A stretch of 64,000 nt of DNA from Nitrososphaerota archaeon. Lineage in GTDB: Archaea > Thermoproteota > Nitrososphaeria_A > Caldarchaeales > Calditenuaceae. Positions 20,745-31,147 of the stretch are shown here, piece after piece. The stretch lies in NCBI GenBank assembly GCA_041641295.1, contig JBEPYO010000001.1:576001-640000 (forward strand), given 5' to 3'. Each line of letters starts with the position of its first letter. Position 1 is the first letter of the stretch. The notes under the pieces were generated by a model, which saw nothing but the letters and a program-made list of their open reading frames with translations, did no database searches and had not been told where the DNA came from. The position numbers and the translations under genes were made by a program.

Positions 20745-21617
20745 CTAGACGTAGTGGGGCTTCCTCGCCAGACCCTCCACCCGCTCCGCCCTTCTCCGGT
20801 GCCTCAGTGGAACAACAGCTACAACCGCCAGCGCCGCGAGGCCAACCGCAAAAACTACTAGGGCCCTCCCCCAGTAGTCATCCGCCGCTTGGGCGGCCTT
20901 TACCTCCCTGTCTGTACCGTATAGTGAGGCCTGGAGTCCGAGACCGTCGCCGGGTAGAGACAGCATCGCGGGCGCAAGCTCCGCTAATGATGTAGATGAA
21001 TAGCTTATGGGATTCGCTAGGAGGTCCAAGTTAGTATCTAATAGGCTTATGACGAATCCGACTGAGTGACCACTGGAGACCGTGACCTGTCCTTCCGCAC
21101 TGTATAGTATGTTTGAGCCGTTAATCAGGGTTATGACGCCTGAAAACTCCGTTTCCGTTCTCTGAACCTCACCTGTGGCTCGGTCTCTATGTGTAATGGT
21201 TGCGGCCCCCGTGATGCTGTAAATGTTAGCAAGGTAGGTCCGGCCACCGACTGAGACTTGGGCCGAGCCTATCCGCGTTGAGCTTACGGTGATGGAGTAG
21301 TTGGAGCTGCTGTATGTGAACTGGCCCTCGAAGAGGTGGGGCAGGCGGGGGATTATGAAGAATTTCTCAGGTACATTCTTCTCGAGGGTTGCGACCCCGT
21401 CGTTGAATGTCGCCTCCACTCTCAGCCTGATTGTGCCGTTTCCATAATCTCTAACAACTTCTTCGCGTACAACACCCCTCACAGACCTGTCACCATAGTC
21501 TACTGAGTAGCTGTAGGCGATGTAGGAGCCCTCACCTACCGATGATGCGAAGACAAGGCCCGGAGCTAGGCTGAGGATGAGAAGCACACCTAAAAGGGCT
21601 AGCGAAGCCCTGCCCAT
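20745..21617 (-). CDS. Secreted/membrane-anchored hypothetical protein
   Basis: Signal peptide, beta-rich body, C-terminal TM and basic tail; co-oriented with the ABC exporter. Confidence 0.6.
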   Translation of the reverse strand: MGRASLALLGVLLILSLAPGLVFASSVGEGSYIAYSYSVDYGDRSVRGVVREEVVRDYGNGTIRLRVEATFNDGVATLEKNVPEKFFIIPRLPHLFEGQFTYSSSNYSITVSSTRIGSAQVSVGGRTYLANIYSITGAATITHRDRATGEVQRTETEFSGVITLINGSNILYSAEGQVTVSSGHSVGFVISLLDTNLDLLANPISYSSTSLAELAPAMLSLPGDGLGLQASLYGTDREVKAAQAADDYWGRALVVFAVGLAALAVVAVVPLRHRRRAERVEGLARKPHYV

Positions 21618-21707
21618 ACAACTAGTAAACACCTCGACATTATTAAGCCTTGGCCATATACAATGCGCTACCATCAAGGAAGTATGGTGGAAATTGAGCT
21701 ATCCAAC

Positions 21708-22571
21708 TCAGGGCTGGCCCTGAAAGACTACACCCTCCCCCCGGTCTATAATCTCTACATGGACTTCAGATGAGGCCCGTCTCCCTAGCCCGAGTTTCTT
21801 CTTGATGGTTTTTAAGAGGCTGCGGTCGATCTCGTAGCCTATGCTATTGCGCCCCAGGCTTAGGGCTACCTTAGACGTGGTGCCTGTGCCGAGGAACGGG
21901 TCTAAGACCGTGTCCCCTATTATGGAGAACATCCTGATGAGCTTGTAGGGGATTGATTCGGGGAAGGCGGCGGCCCTCCTCTCAACACCCCTGAGACTCT
22001 GCCTCGCCCCAGCATCTGTCCATATCTGGGTGAACCAGCTGTCCCTCTCCTGCTTCGTGAACCTGCTCGCATACCTCAGACTGTCTCGGGGCTTAAACTT
22101 TCTCAGCCCGCCCTTCCTGAATATGAGTATGAATTCGCAGTCGAGCGTGACGTATGCGTTGGGTGGGAGAAAGCCTGAGCCGAGGAAGACCCCCTTCCCC
22201 TTGTACTTGGGCTTCGTGGTCGGCTTTTTCCATAGGATGTAGGGGAGCGTCTTGAAGCCTATCCTCTCGCAGTGCTCAATCACCCTCGCGTGGTTTGGGT
22301 ATATCTTAAACTCGCCGTCAACGGTCCTAGCGGCGTCGCCGATGTTTATGCACGCTATCCCACCGTTTACTAGTACGCGATAGCACTCCCTCCACACTTC
22401 TGCAAGATACTCATGCATCTCATCATAGCTCCTACACCCAACTCTGCTGAAGAATGAATCCCACATCTCGATCATGGGATATGGAGGCGAAGTCACGACC
22501 AGGTGGACACTCTCGTCTCCCACCTCCCGCATACTCCTACTGTCGCCGATTACTATCTTATGCCAGGTCAT
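21708..22571 (-). CDS. Site-specific DNA methyltransferase, beta class (SPPY, N4-C/N6-A)
   Basis: VVTSPPY near the N-terminus and VLDPFLGTGTT near the C-terminus. Confidence 0.9.
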   Translation of the reverse strand: MTWHKIVIGDSRSMREVGDESVHLVVTSPPYPMIEMWDSFFSRVGCRSYDEMHEYLAEVWRECYRVLVNGGIACINIGDAARTVDGEFKIYPNHARVIEHCERIGFKTLPYILWKKPTTKPKYKGKGVFLGSGFLPPNAYVTLDCEFILIFRKGGLRKFKPRDSLRYASRFTKQERDSWFTQIWTDAGARQSLRGVERRAAAFPESIPYKLIRMFSIIGDTVLDPFLGTGTTSKVALSLGRNSIGYEIDRSLLKTIKKKLGLGRRASSEVHVEIIDRGEGVVFQGQP

Positions 22572-22914
22572 CCCACCCTCGTATCATACGTTGATGCCCA
22601 ACTTTGAAATATATGGGTTGGCCGGCCGGTGGACGTATAATTTTTAGCACTCCTGTATTATCGACCATCAATCCGCGAATATTTTATACGGCTGGCCTAC
22701 TGGTGCCCAGATAGGCGGAATGGCTCGCGGCTAATCACCGATAGCTTATCAACGCGATAGAGGAATTCTGTAAGAGCGTCCCTTTTACTAGAGCTTTCCC
22801 AGCCCATATCCACCCTAATTAGACATGTGGCCTACCCATAAATGGCGTGAAAGGCGTTTTTGTGTTGATGTGGCAGACATTTATACTTCTCAGCGAAACC
22901 ACAGAAGAAATAAA

Positions 22915-23535
22915 ATGCCTGAAAAATGGAGTTACACAGGAGATTGGGTAACATCCTGCAACTGCGACTGGGGTTGTCCATGCAACTTCAACTCCATGCC
23001 GACGAAGGGTCATTGTGAGGGGGTCGTGGCTTTAAAAATCAAGGAGGGTAATTATGGTAAGACGAGCCTAAACGGCGTCAACGTCGTAATTGCTGTCTGG
23101 TGGCCAGGTGCAATCCATCAAGGCAACGGTGTGGCACAGATCTATATCGATGATAAGGCGTCAAAGGATCAAGAGAAAGCAATTCTAGAGATTTTGTCCG
23201 GCAATGCAGGTGGAAAACCGTGGTCGATTCTGGCAAAGACCTTTTCCACTCTACTACCGCCTAAGCGCGCCCCGATCCAGATGGAGGTTAGGGGAAAGGA
23301 CACCGTGTTAAGGGTAGACAACCACGTGGATGTACAAGCAGAGCCGATGCGCAACCCAGTAACTAAAGATGAGGCTTATGCAGATGTAGTGATTCACACA
23401 TACTTAATCTTCAATAAGGGCTCTCTATTCTCTAATAAGATACACACAGTTAAAGAGTCCTCACACCCAAAGCTCAACTTCTCTCACCCAGGACAATACC
23501 TCGCAGTTGCAGAAGTGCGGCACCAAGGACCGTAA
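22915..23535 (+). CDS. DUF1326 family protein
   Basis: SCNCDWGCPC...PTKGHCEG, WWPGAIHQGNG; start revised to MPEKW. Confidence 0.85.
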   Translation: MPEKWSYTGDWVTSCNCDWGCPCNFNSMPTKGHCEGVVALKIKEGNYGKTSLNGVNVVIAVWWPGAIHQGNGVAQIYIDDKASKDQEKAILEILSGNAGGKPWSILAKTFSTLLPPKRAPIQMEVRGKDTVLRVDNHVDVQAEPMRNPVTKDEAYADVVIHTYLIFNKGSLFSNKIHTVKESSHPKLNFSHPGQYLAVAEVRHQGP

Positions 23536-23611
23536 GACGGTACTACTCTCTCGTTTTTTACTCTTCTTAAACGGTAGTGCAGCATCTTTTAAGCGCGTTA
23601 ATGTTCCGGCC

Positions 23612-24427
23612 TTAACCAAGGCCTAGGGCGCGCATCCCCCACTCGGGGAGAAATATGAATGAAGCGCCTAAGGCGATGAATAAAGCACCAATTACATACG
23701 AGGCCCTTAACCCGTGAGGCAGTGTCCTCTCAGCGAAGATGATGAGGGTGAGCAGGGCCATCCAAGGAAGTGATGCTACGCCGACGGCGAATAAAACCAA
23801 GAATAGGGCCCAACAGCAGCCTATGCAGTAGGCCGCGTGGTAGAATCCGAGGTATGCTGCTCCGGACACCCCAGCCCGCCACCTGAGGAATAGAAAGGAA
23901 AATGGTGAATGGCAGGCTGTTAGGCAGACATTCTTAAGAGGAGTGCACTGATAGACACCCGCCACAATCAAGGCGCCACCCGCCACTATCGGCTGCAAAG
24001 TTCCGATGCTGACGCCCCCAACCACGCCCCCTGACAGAAGTAGATAGAGTCCTCCCACGCCTAGACCGAATAGAGTCCAGACCACTAGATACGAGCTGAG
24101 GAACGTGGCGGCCTGTGCTGAGATCCATTTACTCCCCCTAGCTTTCTCGACACTCAGGTTCACGTAGGCCTGTGCCATAGGCGTAGCAGCTGGAAGCATC
24201 ATGGCAACCATCATGACCACCCAACTCAGCAAGAAGAAGCCCAAACTCTCAGGGCCACTCATTGTCGCCATCATAGGAGACTTCATGTGCAGGTCAGAAA
24301 ACAGAAGAGCCGCCCACGCAACCCCAGCAATAGCCGCCATAACCCCTAAGAGAATTATCACAAAACGCCCACCATGACCCCAGAAGACAGAAGCCGTAGA
24401 ACCTGCCAAAAAATAACTCATGACCAA
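23612..24427 (-). CDS. DUF2182 family metal-binding membrane protein
   Basis: WVVMMVAMMLP, YQCTPLKNVCL..CHSP, YCIGCCWAL. Confidence 0.85.
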   Translation of the reverse strand: MVMSYFLAGSTASVFWGHGGRFVIILLGVMAAIAGVAWAALLFSDLHMKSPMMATMSGPESLGFFLLSWVVMMVAMMLPAATPMAQAYVNLSVEKARGSKWISAQAATFLSSYLVVWTLFGLGVGGLYLLLSGGVVGGVSIGTLQPIVAGGALIVAGVYQCTPLKNVCLTACHSPFSFLFLRWRAGVSGAAYLGFYHAAYCIGCCWALFLVLFAVGVASLPWMALLTLIIFAERTLPHGLRASYVIGALFIALGASFIFLPEWGMRALGLG

Positions 24428-24683
24428 CCTCTAAGCCTGCTGTTAATTTAAAGCTTTTCGGAAAACGTTTCTTTGTTGTAGATTGGGCGTTTGTGAACGG
24501 GTAGAGGACAGTGTTGCTGATCGTTATTTTATGCTATGTTCATTATACTCGCAGTCTAAATTATGGGGGAGGGTTCAGGCCAGCATCCTCCCATGGCTGA
24601 GGCTTGCTATCCTTAACTCTACTTAATAGATTGATAAAAAGTCTATGGTGGAAAAATGGGAGGAAGGAAGGGTGTGTCCGCCA

Positions 24684-24878
24684 TCAGACTCTATTAAGAA
24701 GAGCCTTTAACACTTCGACTGGACTGTCGTATCGGCCTTCAGGCAGATTTTTGGAGATCCATTCCCTATCCTCGGGGAGGTCCTCCATTGCGTTGCACGC
24801 TGCCACCACTTCGCTTCGGCTAGCAGGATATTTTATGTGATGTTTCACATGTTCAAGTTGTTCCCGCAGTGTTGCCAT
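24684..24878 (-). CDS. Small helical protein (DUF2795-like)
   Basis: YPASRSEVV...LPEGRYDSPVEV pattern. Confidence 0.5.
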   Translation of the reverse strand: MATLREQLEHVKHHIKYPASRSEVVAACNAMEDLPEDREWISKNLPEGRYDSPVEVLKALLNRV

Positions 24879-24962
24879 GAATGTTAACCCATTCTGTAAT
24901 ATTTAATTATGGTACCACAGGCTGAAAGTTGGTATAACCATAGTTCTTATATGTGATGGTTT

Positions 24963-25034
24963 TGGACCGGGCGGGATTCGAACCCGCGGCCTCCCGCACG
25001 CCAAGCGGGCGATCTACCACTGATCTACCGGCCC
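24963..25034 (-). tRNA. tRNA-Ala(GGC)
   Basis: Cloverleaf GGGCCGG...; anticodon arm CCCGC-TTGGCGT-GCGGG; T-loop TTCGAAT. Confidence 0.95.
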
Positions 25035-25060
25035 GTATCCTTGTTGTGCTCTGGTGGAAT

Positions 25061-25858
25061 TTAAGCCTGTCTGGTTTTTCTGGCTTCTATTTCTCTCCGA
25101 GTGTTTTTCACAATCTCTGAAGTGGCTCTGTATAGTATTGCTACGTCTACTGAGTAGGCGAGGTATTGTATGCCCTTTGCAGCCCATTCTGCTGCGACTT
25201 GAGGCGACTCGATGAAGGTGCCTGCCGCGACCCCTCTCTTTCTTGCCTCTGTTACCGCTTTCTCGATGAGGCTGGTAACTTCCGGGCTTCTCACTTGGCC
25301 TGGTATGCCGAGGGATTGGGATAAGTCGTAGGGCCCTAGGAAGACTACATCTACTCCACCCCTCTCTAGAATCTCTGGGAGCCTCTTGACACCTTCAGCA
25401 CTCTCTATGTGTATGATGACTGCCACTTCCCTGTTGGAGACTTGGACATGCTCCTTCGGATCTCTGGCACCATACCTCCCAGCCCTAGTGTAGGGCGAGA
25501 ACCCCCTCATACCCTCGGGATAATAATGTGCAGCCTCAACCACCTTCTTCGCGGTCTCTGGGTCATCGACATGAGGCACTTGGATGCCGTGGGCCCCACA
25601 CTCTAGGGCCCTCAAGATGTATGTCTCCTCACTCGATGGCGTCCGGATGATGGGTGTAATCCCAACGGCCTCGGCTGCTCGGACAAGCTCTTCAGCATCC
25701 GCGAAGCTGAATGGGCCGTGCTCCATGTCGATGATTACGAAATCCAGCCCAGCCTCCCCCAGAATCTCTACAACATCCCCTGAGTTAAGGTAGACGAAGG
25801 TCCCTAAGACAGTCTCACCGGCCCTGAGATGCTCCAAAAACCCCTTATCCGCGACCAT
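25061..25858 (-). CDS. HpcH/HpaI family aldolase
   Basis: DFVIIDMEHG, HIES, FLGPYDLSQSLG. Confidence 0.9.
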   Translation of the reverse strand: MVADKGFLEHLRAGETVLGTFVYLNSGDVVEILGEAGLDFVIIDMEHGPFSFADAEELVRAAEAVGITPIIRTPSSEETYILRALECGAHGIQVPHVDDPETAKKVVEAAHYYPEGMRGFSPYTRAGRYGARDPKEHVQVSNREVAVIIHIESAEGVKRLPEILERGGVDVVFLGPYDLSQSLGIPGQVRSPEVTSLIEKAVTEARKRGVAAGTFIESPQVAAEWAAKGIQYLAYSVDVAILYRATSEIVKNTRREIEARKTRQA

Positions 25859-25973
25859 CCCTAAACCACAAGTCCCAACAAGCACAAGGCCACAATTTAA
25901 CCCACCTCTCCCAAGTAAGGACGAGGATACGCGGTGGCGAGAAGCTAAATAACCCGACAGAGCAGGGCAAATT

Positions 25974-26048
25974 GGGCCCGTAGCTCAGCTTGGATAGAGC
26001 GCTGGCCTTCGGAGCCAGAGGCCGAGGGTTCGAATCCCTCCGGGCCCG
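25974..26048 (+). tRNA. tRNA-Arg(TCG)
   Basis: Anticodon arm CTGGC-CTTCGGA-GCCAG; GGGCCCG/CGGGCCC acceptor stem. Confidence 0.95.
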
Positions 26049-26142
26049 TTTTCACATGGTGAGTGGGGCAGAAGAATTTAGAGTGCATTCTGACTTGCAG
26101 TTGGAGTGCAACCGATAGACCCTATGAATTCGGTTTAGAGTT

Positions 26143-26218
26143 TGGGGCCGGTGGGATTTGAACCCACGACCTCCTGGGCCCAAGCCAGGCATCTTAGACC
26201 ATGCTCGACCACGGCCCC
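26143..26218 (-). tRNA. tRNA-Pro(TGG)
   Basis: Anticodon arm CCTGG-CTTGGGC-CCAGG; T-loop TTCAAAT. Confidence 0.95.
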
Positions 26219-26272
26219 AGGTTTTGAAGTGGAATCTTCGCAGATAAATATGTGGTGTTTTAGGCCCTCTAA

Positions 26273-27520
26273 TTATTTCTGTCTGGATAGGACCTGTATT
26301 CCCGGCATCGGCTCGCCTGAGAGGAATGATATGAGGGCTCCTCCTCCGAGGCTCACGTAGGTGAAATCGCTAGGCCTTAGGCCGAGGATCTCTATGGCGG
26401 TTACGGAGTCTCCTCCACCTATGAGGGTTGAGGCGCGGGATTTTGCGAGCGCCATGTAGACTGTCTGAGTTCCTTTCCTGAACTCAGGTTTCTCATACAC
26501 ACCCATGGGCCCCTTCACTATCACTGATGCGTCAGGCTCAAGCCCCTCTATTATTTCACGGTAGTACTGGATGGTTTTTGAGCCTATATCCTGAATCTCC
26601 CCGGGGCATGGGAGTCCTTCTCGCAGAACCTCCATCCTCGAGCCATCCTTGCCTGCATAGGCGAAGTCGAGCGGGGTGATTACCCGGTCTCTAAGCTTCT
26701 GGTCGATCTCGGAAACTGCTCCGAAGAGCTCCATGTGTTTCTTCTTTACCAAGAACTCCTCGCTTGGGCCGCCTAGGTTGTATCCACGCGCCTTTGCGAA
26801 GAGCTGCCCAAGGATCCCTCCAGTCAATACTGCATGGATGCTCTCTGGCCTCTCTTTCAAGAAGCGCTGAAGCACCTTTACACACTCTACTGGCTTGTTA
26901 CCTCCTAAGGTGAAGACGATCTTACTGGTTAGGGCGACCATCTTGTTGAGGGCGGAGAGCTCCCTCTCCATAACCCTTCCCGCGTAGGTTGGAAGAAGTG
27001 CCGCGAGACCGACGATGGAGGAGTGGGAGCGGTGGGCTACGGAAAACGCGTCTAGGACGAAGATGTCCAGGTGGGGGGCCAGCGTCCGCGGAAGCGTGCT
27101 ATTAGCATGCTCCTCGGGGGTCTTCTCAACGTCCTCGTCCTCTAGCCGCCTCACGTTGTCCAGTAGTATGGCCTCGCCCTTAGAGAGACCCTTAATCGCG
27201 TTTATCGCCTCGGCCCCAACGACATCGGGGATAAACCTTACTTCCTTACCCACAAGGCTTGAGAGTATCTCGGCGTGCTGTCTCAGGTCTGTGAAGTCTG
27301 GGTCTCCGCGCCTGCCCTGGTGGGCGAGTATTACCAGTTTCGCACCTCTCTCCATCAGCTCCTTGACTGTTAGCGAGTGGGCCCTGAAACGCTCGTTGAG
27401 CTGTATCTTCCCTGTCTGGGGGTCGATGGTGGAGTTGAGGTCCACTCTGAGGGCTACGCGCTTTCCAACTACGTCCACTTGGTCTAGTGTCCTGTACTTA
27501 ATTTCACCTTGCCCTGCCAC
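26273..27520 (-). CDS. pgk: Phosphoglycerate kinase
   Basis: RVDLNS, AHQGR, DAFSVAHR, GGGDS, SLGGGA. Confidence 0.95.
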   Translation of the reverse strand: MAGQGEIKYRTLDQVDVVGKRVALRVDLNSTIDPQTGKIQLNERFRAHSLTVKELMERGAKLVILAHQGRRGDPDFTDLRQHAEILSSLVGKEVRFIPDVVGAEAINAIKGLSKGEAILLDNVRRLEDEDVEKTPEEHANSTLPRTLAPHLDIFVLDAFSVAHRSHSSIVGLAALLPTYAGRVMERELSALNKMVALTSKIVFTLGGNKPVECVKVLQRFLKERPESIHAVLTGGILGQLFAKARGYNLGGPSEEFLVKKKHMELFGAVSEIDQKLRDRVITPLDFAYAGKDGSRMEVLREGLPCPGEIQDIGSKTIQYYREIIEGLEPDASVIVKGPMGVYEKPEFRKGTQTVYMALAKSRASTLIGGGDSVTAIEILGLRPSDFTYVSLGGGALISFLSGEPMPGIQVLSRQK

Positions 27521-28541
27521 GCCCCGACACCATCAGGACTAGGTCAACGAGCCTGTTGCTGTAGCCCCACTCGTTATCATACCATCCAAAGACCTTGACG
27601 AAGTCGCTCTTATCGCCCAAGACAAGTGTCTGGGTGGCGTCGAAGATGCATGAGTGCGGGTTACCTATAATATCGACGGATACTATGGGGTCCTCTGTGT
27701 ATTCAACGATGCCCTTCATCCTACCCATGGCCTCCTCCTTGAACACTTGGTTGACCTCCTCGACCGTTACTTGCCTCTCGAGAACGGCTGAGAGGTCTGT
27801 GAGCGACCCGTTCGGTACTGGAACCCTCATGGCAATTCCGTGAAGCTTGCCCTTTACTTCGGGTATGACTTGGTGGAGGGCGGAGGCTGCTCCTGTAGTG
27901 GTGGGGATTATCGATGTGGCTGCTGCCCTAGCCCTTCTCAGGTCTCTGTGGTAGAGGTCTAGGAGCCGCTGGTCGTTCGTGTACGCGTGGATGGTTGTCA
28001 TGAAGCCTTTAACCAGTCCGAAGTTGTCGAGCAATATCTTCACCATTGGTGCTAGGCAGTTTGTGGTGCAGGAGGCACCCGAGATGACGACGTGCTTCGA
28101 CAGGTCTAGGGCTTGGTCATTCACACCCGGCACTATCGTTACGTCCGCATCGCTGGAGGGGGCCGAGATGATGACCTTCTTAACACCATGCTCGAGGTGG
28201 CCTGCGGCGTCCTTCCTCTTAGTGAATAGACCGGTCGACTCTACAACCACGTCTACTCCCACCTTATCCCACGGTATTTCTGACGGCTTAGAGACAGAGA
28301 AGTAGGCGAACTCCCGATTCCCAATCCTGATACCTCCACTCTCGGTTACCTTTACCTCCTCACCCAGCCGGCCGTGAACAGAGTCGTACTTGATCAGGTG
28401 GGCGGTGGTTTTAGCGTCCGCAATATCGTTAAAAGCCACAACCTCGAAAGCCTTTCCATAGAGCGAGTCTTTGAGGGCGGCGCGGAGGAATAGCCTTCCA
28501 ATACGCCCCATACCGTTTATTCCGACTCTAACAGGAGCCAC
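27504..28541 (-). CDS. gap: Glyceraldehyde-3-phosphate dehydrogenase, class I (bacterial type)
   Basis: GINGMGRIGR, YDSVHG, ASCTTNCLAP, WYDNEWGYSNR; start revised to GTG at 28541. Confidence 0.95.
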   Translation of the reverse strand: MAPVRVGINGMGRIGRLFLRAALKDSLYGKAFEVVAFNDIADAKTTAHLIKYDSVHGRLGEEVKVTESGGIRIGNREFAYFSVSKPSEIPWDKVGVDVVVESTGLFTKRKDAAGHLEHGVKKVIISAPSSDADVTIVPGVNDQALDLSKHVVISGASCTTNCLAPMVKILLDNFGLVKGFMTTIHAYTNDQRLLDLYHRDLRRARAAATSIIPTTTGAASALHQVIPEVKGKLHGIAMRVPVPNGSLTDLSAVLERQVTVEEVNQVFKEEAMGRMKGIVEYTEDPIVSVDIIGNPHSCIFDATQTLVLGDKSDFVKVFGWYDNEWGYSNRLVDLVLMVSGRGRAR

Positions 28542-28655
28542 GCCTATACAATATGGGTTGTAATATAAGTATGTGGGGGGCTGAGTGAATATATCTGCGT
28601 GGACTTGTATGTTGGGCGTGCTGCGCATTGGAGGGCGGGGAGAATAACTTAAATA

Positions 28656-30272
28656 TTGGCTGGCCTTCAGCATGTGGCAAGGGGTGTCTCAATCGATTAC
28701 GTCGAGCTTCTCGATACGACGCTTCGGGACGGCGCCCAGACTAGAGGCGTCTCTCTAAGCCTAAGGGACAAGCTGAGAATAGCTGAGAAGCTTGACGAAC
28801 TCGGTATAGACATTATAGAGGCCGGCTGGCCGGGTGCGAATCCAAAGGACTCAGAGTTTTATAAGGCCGTTAAGAACGTGTCATTCACGCACAGTAAGCT
28901 CGCCGTCTTCGGGAGCACCAAACACAAGAACTCGAGGGTTGACCAAGACCCTATGCTCAAAAGCCTAGTCGAGGCAGATGTCCCCTACGCCGTCGTGTTC
29001 GGTAAGAGCTGGCTACTCCACGTTAGGGAGGTCCTGAGGGCCACGCCAGAAGAGAATCTGGAGATGATCGAGGAGACGATAAGCTATCTCAAGGCCCATG
29101 GGATGAGGGTGATCTTCGACGCAGAGCACTTCTTCGACGGGTGGAAGGACTCGCCCGACTACGCCCTCTCGGTCCTGAAGGTGGCCAGCGAGGCTGGGGC
29201 GGAGACGCTGGTGCTATGCGACACGAACGGCGGCACCCTACCATCCGAGCTACTAGGCATCGTCAAGAAGGTGAGGTCCGAGATTAACGCCCGCCTCGGG
29301 ATACACGCCCATAACGATGCGGGCTGCGCAACCGCAAACAGTCTAGCAGCAGTGGAGGCTGGTGTGCGACATGTCCAAGGCACATTCATCGGGCTGGGGG
29401 AGAGGTGTGGCAACGCAGACTTGGCCCAGATTATACCGGCTCTAAGGCTCAAGATGGGGTTCAAGGTGCTCAAGGACGGAGACGTGGAGAGGTTGAAGAA
29501 GCTCACCGAGGTTGCAAGGTTCATAGCCGGTGTGACCGGATTCCACCTAGCACCCAACCACCCCTACGTCGGGAGAAACGCCTTCGCCCATAAAGGGGGA
29601 GTCCACATAGACGCCATAATCAAGCACCCGAGAACATACGAGCACATCGACCCCTCGCTCGTCGGAAACGAGAGGGTCCTCTCCATCTCGGAGCAGGCCG
29701 GGAGGTCAGCGCTCATGGACCTGGCCAGACGCATAGGCCTGAACCTCTCTAAGGAGGAGCTGAAGGCGGCGACAGAGGAGGTAAAGAGGATGGAGTCGCT
29801 TGGATACCACTTGGAGCCGGCCGAGGCCACCGTAATCCTCCTCATCCTAAAGCACATAGGCATGTACAGGGAGCTCTTCGAAGTCAAGAACTGGTGGGTC
29901 GAGTCAGTCAACATAGGCAGGAAGATATCCAGAGCCATAGTAACAATATCTGTAAATGGCGACATAGTTACGGCGATGGGCGAGGGGGTAGGGCCTGTGC
30001 ACGCGCTGGACGAGGCTGTCAGGAGCGGAATCTCATCAAGGTTTCCAGCCCTAAGGGACGTCAGCCTCACCGACTACAAGGTCCACGTAGTCGACAGCAA
30101 GGAGGGGACAGCAGCCTATGTCAGAGTCTTCACAGAGTTTACATGGAGGGAGAGAAGCTGGGTAACAACCAGCGTCTCCAACAACATAATCGAGGCAAGC
30201 CTCTCAGCAATAATCGACGGCTATAGATATCTGCTACTAGCTCTAGAGCCGGGACTATTAAACAACAGATAA
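28656..30272 (+). CDS. cimA: Citramalate synthase (LeuA/CimA family)
   Basis: DTTLRDGAQ, GWPGANPKD, FDAEHFFDG, HAHND, GERCGN, AHKGGVH. Confidence 0.85.
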   Translation: MAGLQHVARGVSIDYVELLDTTLRDGAQTRGVSLSLRDKLRIAEKLDELGIDIIEAGWPGANPKDSEFYKAVKNVSFTHSKLAVFGSTKHKNSRVDQDPMLKSLVEADVPYAVVFGKSWLLHVREVLRATPEENLEMIEETISYLKAHGMRVIFDAEHFFDGWKDSPDYALSVLKVASEAGAETLVLCDTNGGTLPSELLGIVKKVRSEINARLGIHAHNDAGCATANSLAAVEAGVRHVQGTFIGLGERCGNADLAQIIPALRLKMGFKVLKDGDVERLKKLTEVARFIAGVTGFHLAPNHPYVGRNAFAHKGGVHIDAIIKHPRTYEHIDPSLVGNERVLSISEQAGRSALMDLARRIGLNLSKEELKAATEEVKRMESLGYHLEPAEATVILLILKHIGMYRELFEVKNWWVESVNIGRKISRAIVTISVNGDIVTAMGEGVGPVHALDEAVRSGISSRFPALRDVSLTDYKVHVVDSKEGTAAYVRVFTEFTWRERSWVTTSVSNNIIEASLSAIIDGYRYLLLALEPGLLNNR

Positions 30273-30304
30273 TAAAATAAAAAAGTCTTTGTGGTTGGGA
30301 TGCT

Positions 30305-31147
30305 TTAGCTTATCGGCTCGAATACATACGTAATGTCAACCGTCACCGTGTATGTTATCTCGCCACTCATTATTGGTGGTCCGCCAGCACCCTGCCCAGC
30401 TACGACCCCGACCTCCGCCCTCGCCATAGGTATGATTCCACCCCCATCTTCAGAGAACAAGACCTGGACCTGCCTGATTTCTTTAATTCTCATATTTAGG
30501 TACTCGGCAATCTTCGAGGCCTTGGCCGTTGCGTCGGCGAACGCCATCTGTAGAGCAGAGTCTCTTAGATTCTTTCTTGTCTCATCCTTCAGGTCAAACC
30601 ACGCACCTTGGAAGTTGGTTGCTCCAGCCTGGATGGCGTCGTTAATGATTTTAGGGGCCTCCGATATCAGGCTGTCCTCGAGCGTCACGGTCACTAGGTT
30701 GATGGCGACGTATCCCTCTTGGCGGCATCCGTCTTTGTCGCATATCCAGTTGGGGTTTATCGCTACGTACGATGTCTTGATGTTCTTCTCATCAACTCCG
30801 TTCGCGAGAAGTGAGGCGACGACCCTTCCAGCCACCTCGCTGTTCAGGTTGGAGGCCTCCAACGGTGTTGCGCCTCGGGTCTCTACTCCGAGCATGAAAC
30901 TCATCCTGTCCGGCTTTAGCTTGACAGTTCCTATACCCCTGATAGGAACACGAACGCCGGCGACCTCTCCATCTCCCCCACCATCTCCAGTCTGCAGTGT
31001 ATACGGAACGCTACTCGCACTGCCTAGCATATTCATCGCGTAGAGGGATGCAGCCAAGACAGCAGCTATCGCCACCACTGAGACAGTCAAAGCATATACT
31101 GTAGGAATCTCACCCTTGATCCTCCTTATGCCGCTCATGGCTAACAT
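30305..31147 (-). CDS. SIMPL (DUF541) domain protein
   Basis: N-terminal TM, GIGTVKLKPD..LGVET, A..DA..KA..IA motif. Confidence 0.85.
   Translation of the reverse strand: MLAMSGIRRIKGEIPTVYALTVSVVAIAAVLAASLYAMNMLGSASSVPYTLQTGDGGGDGEVAGVRVPIRGIGTVKLKPDRMSFMLGVETRGATPLEASNLNSEVAGRVVASLLANGVDEKNIKTSYVAINPNWICDKDGCRQEGYVAINLVTVTLEDSLISEAPKIINDAIQAGATNFQGAWFDLKDETRKNLRDSALQMAFADATAKASKIAEYLNMRIKEIRQVQVLFSEDGGGIIPMARAEVGVVAGQGAGGPPIMSGEITYTVTVDITYVFEPIS

Noticed and set aside
22618-22632. Attachment-site duplication of the tRNA-Ala(GGC) 3' end
   Set aside because: Match too degenerate and no integrase nearby
26142-26360. ORFs overlapping tRNAs (also 42445-42669 and 45989-46381)
   Set aside because: Antisense translations of tRNA genes (GFEPT-type text)
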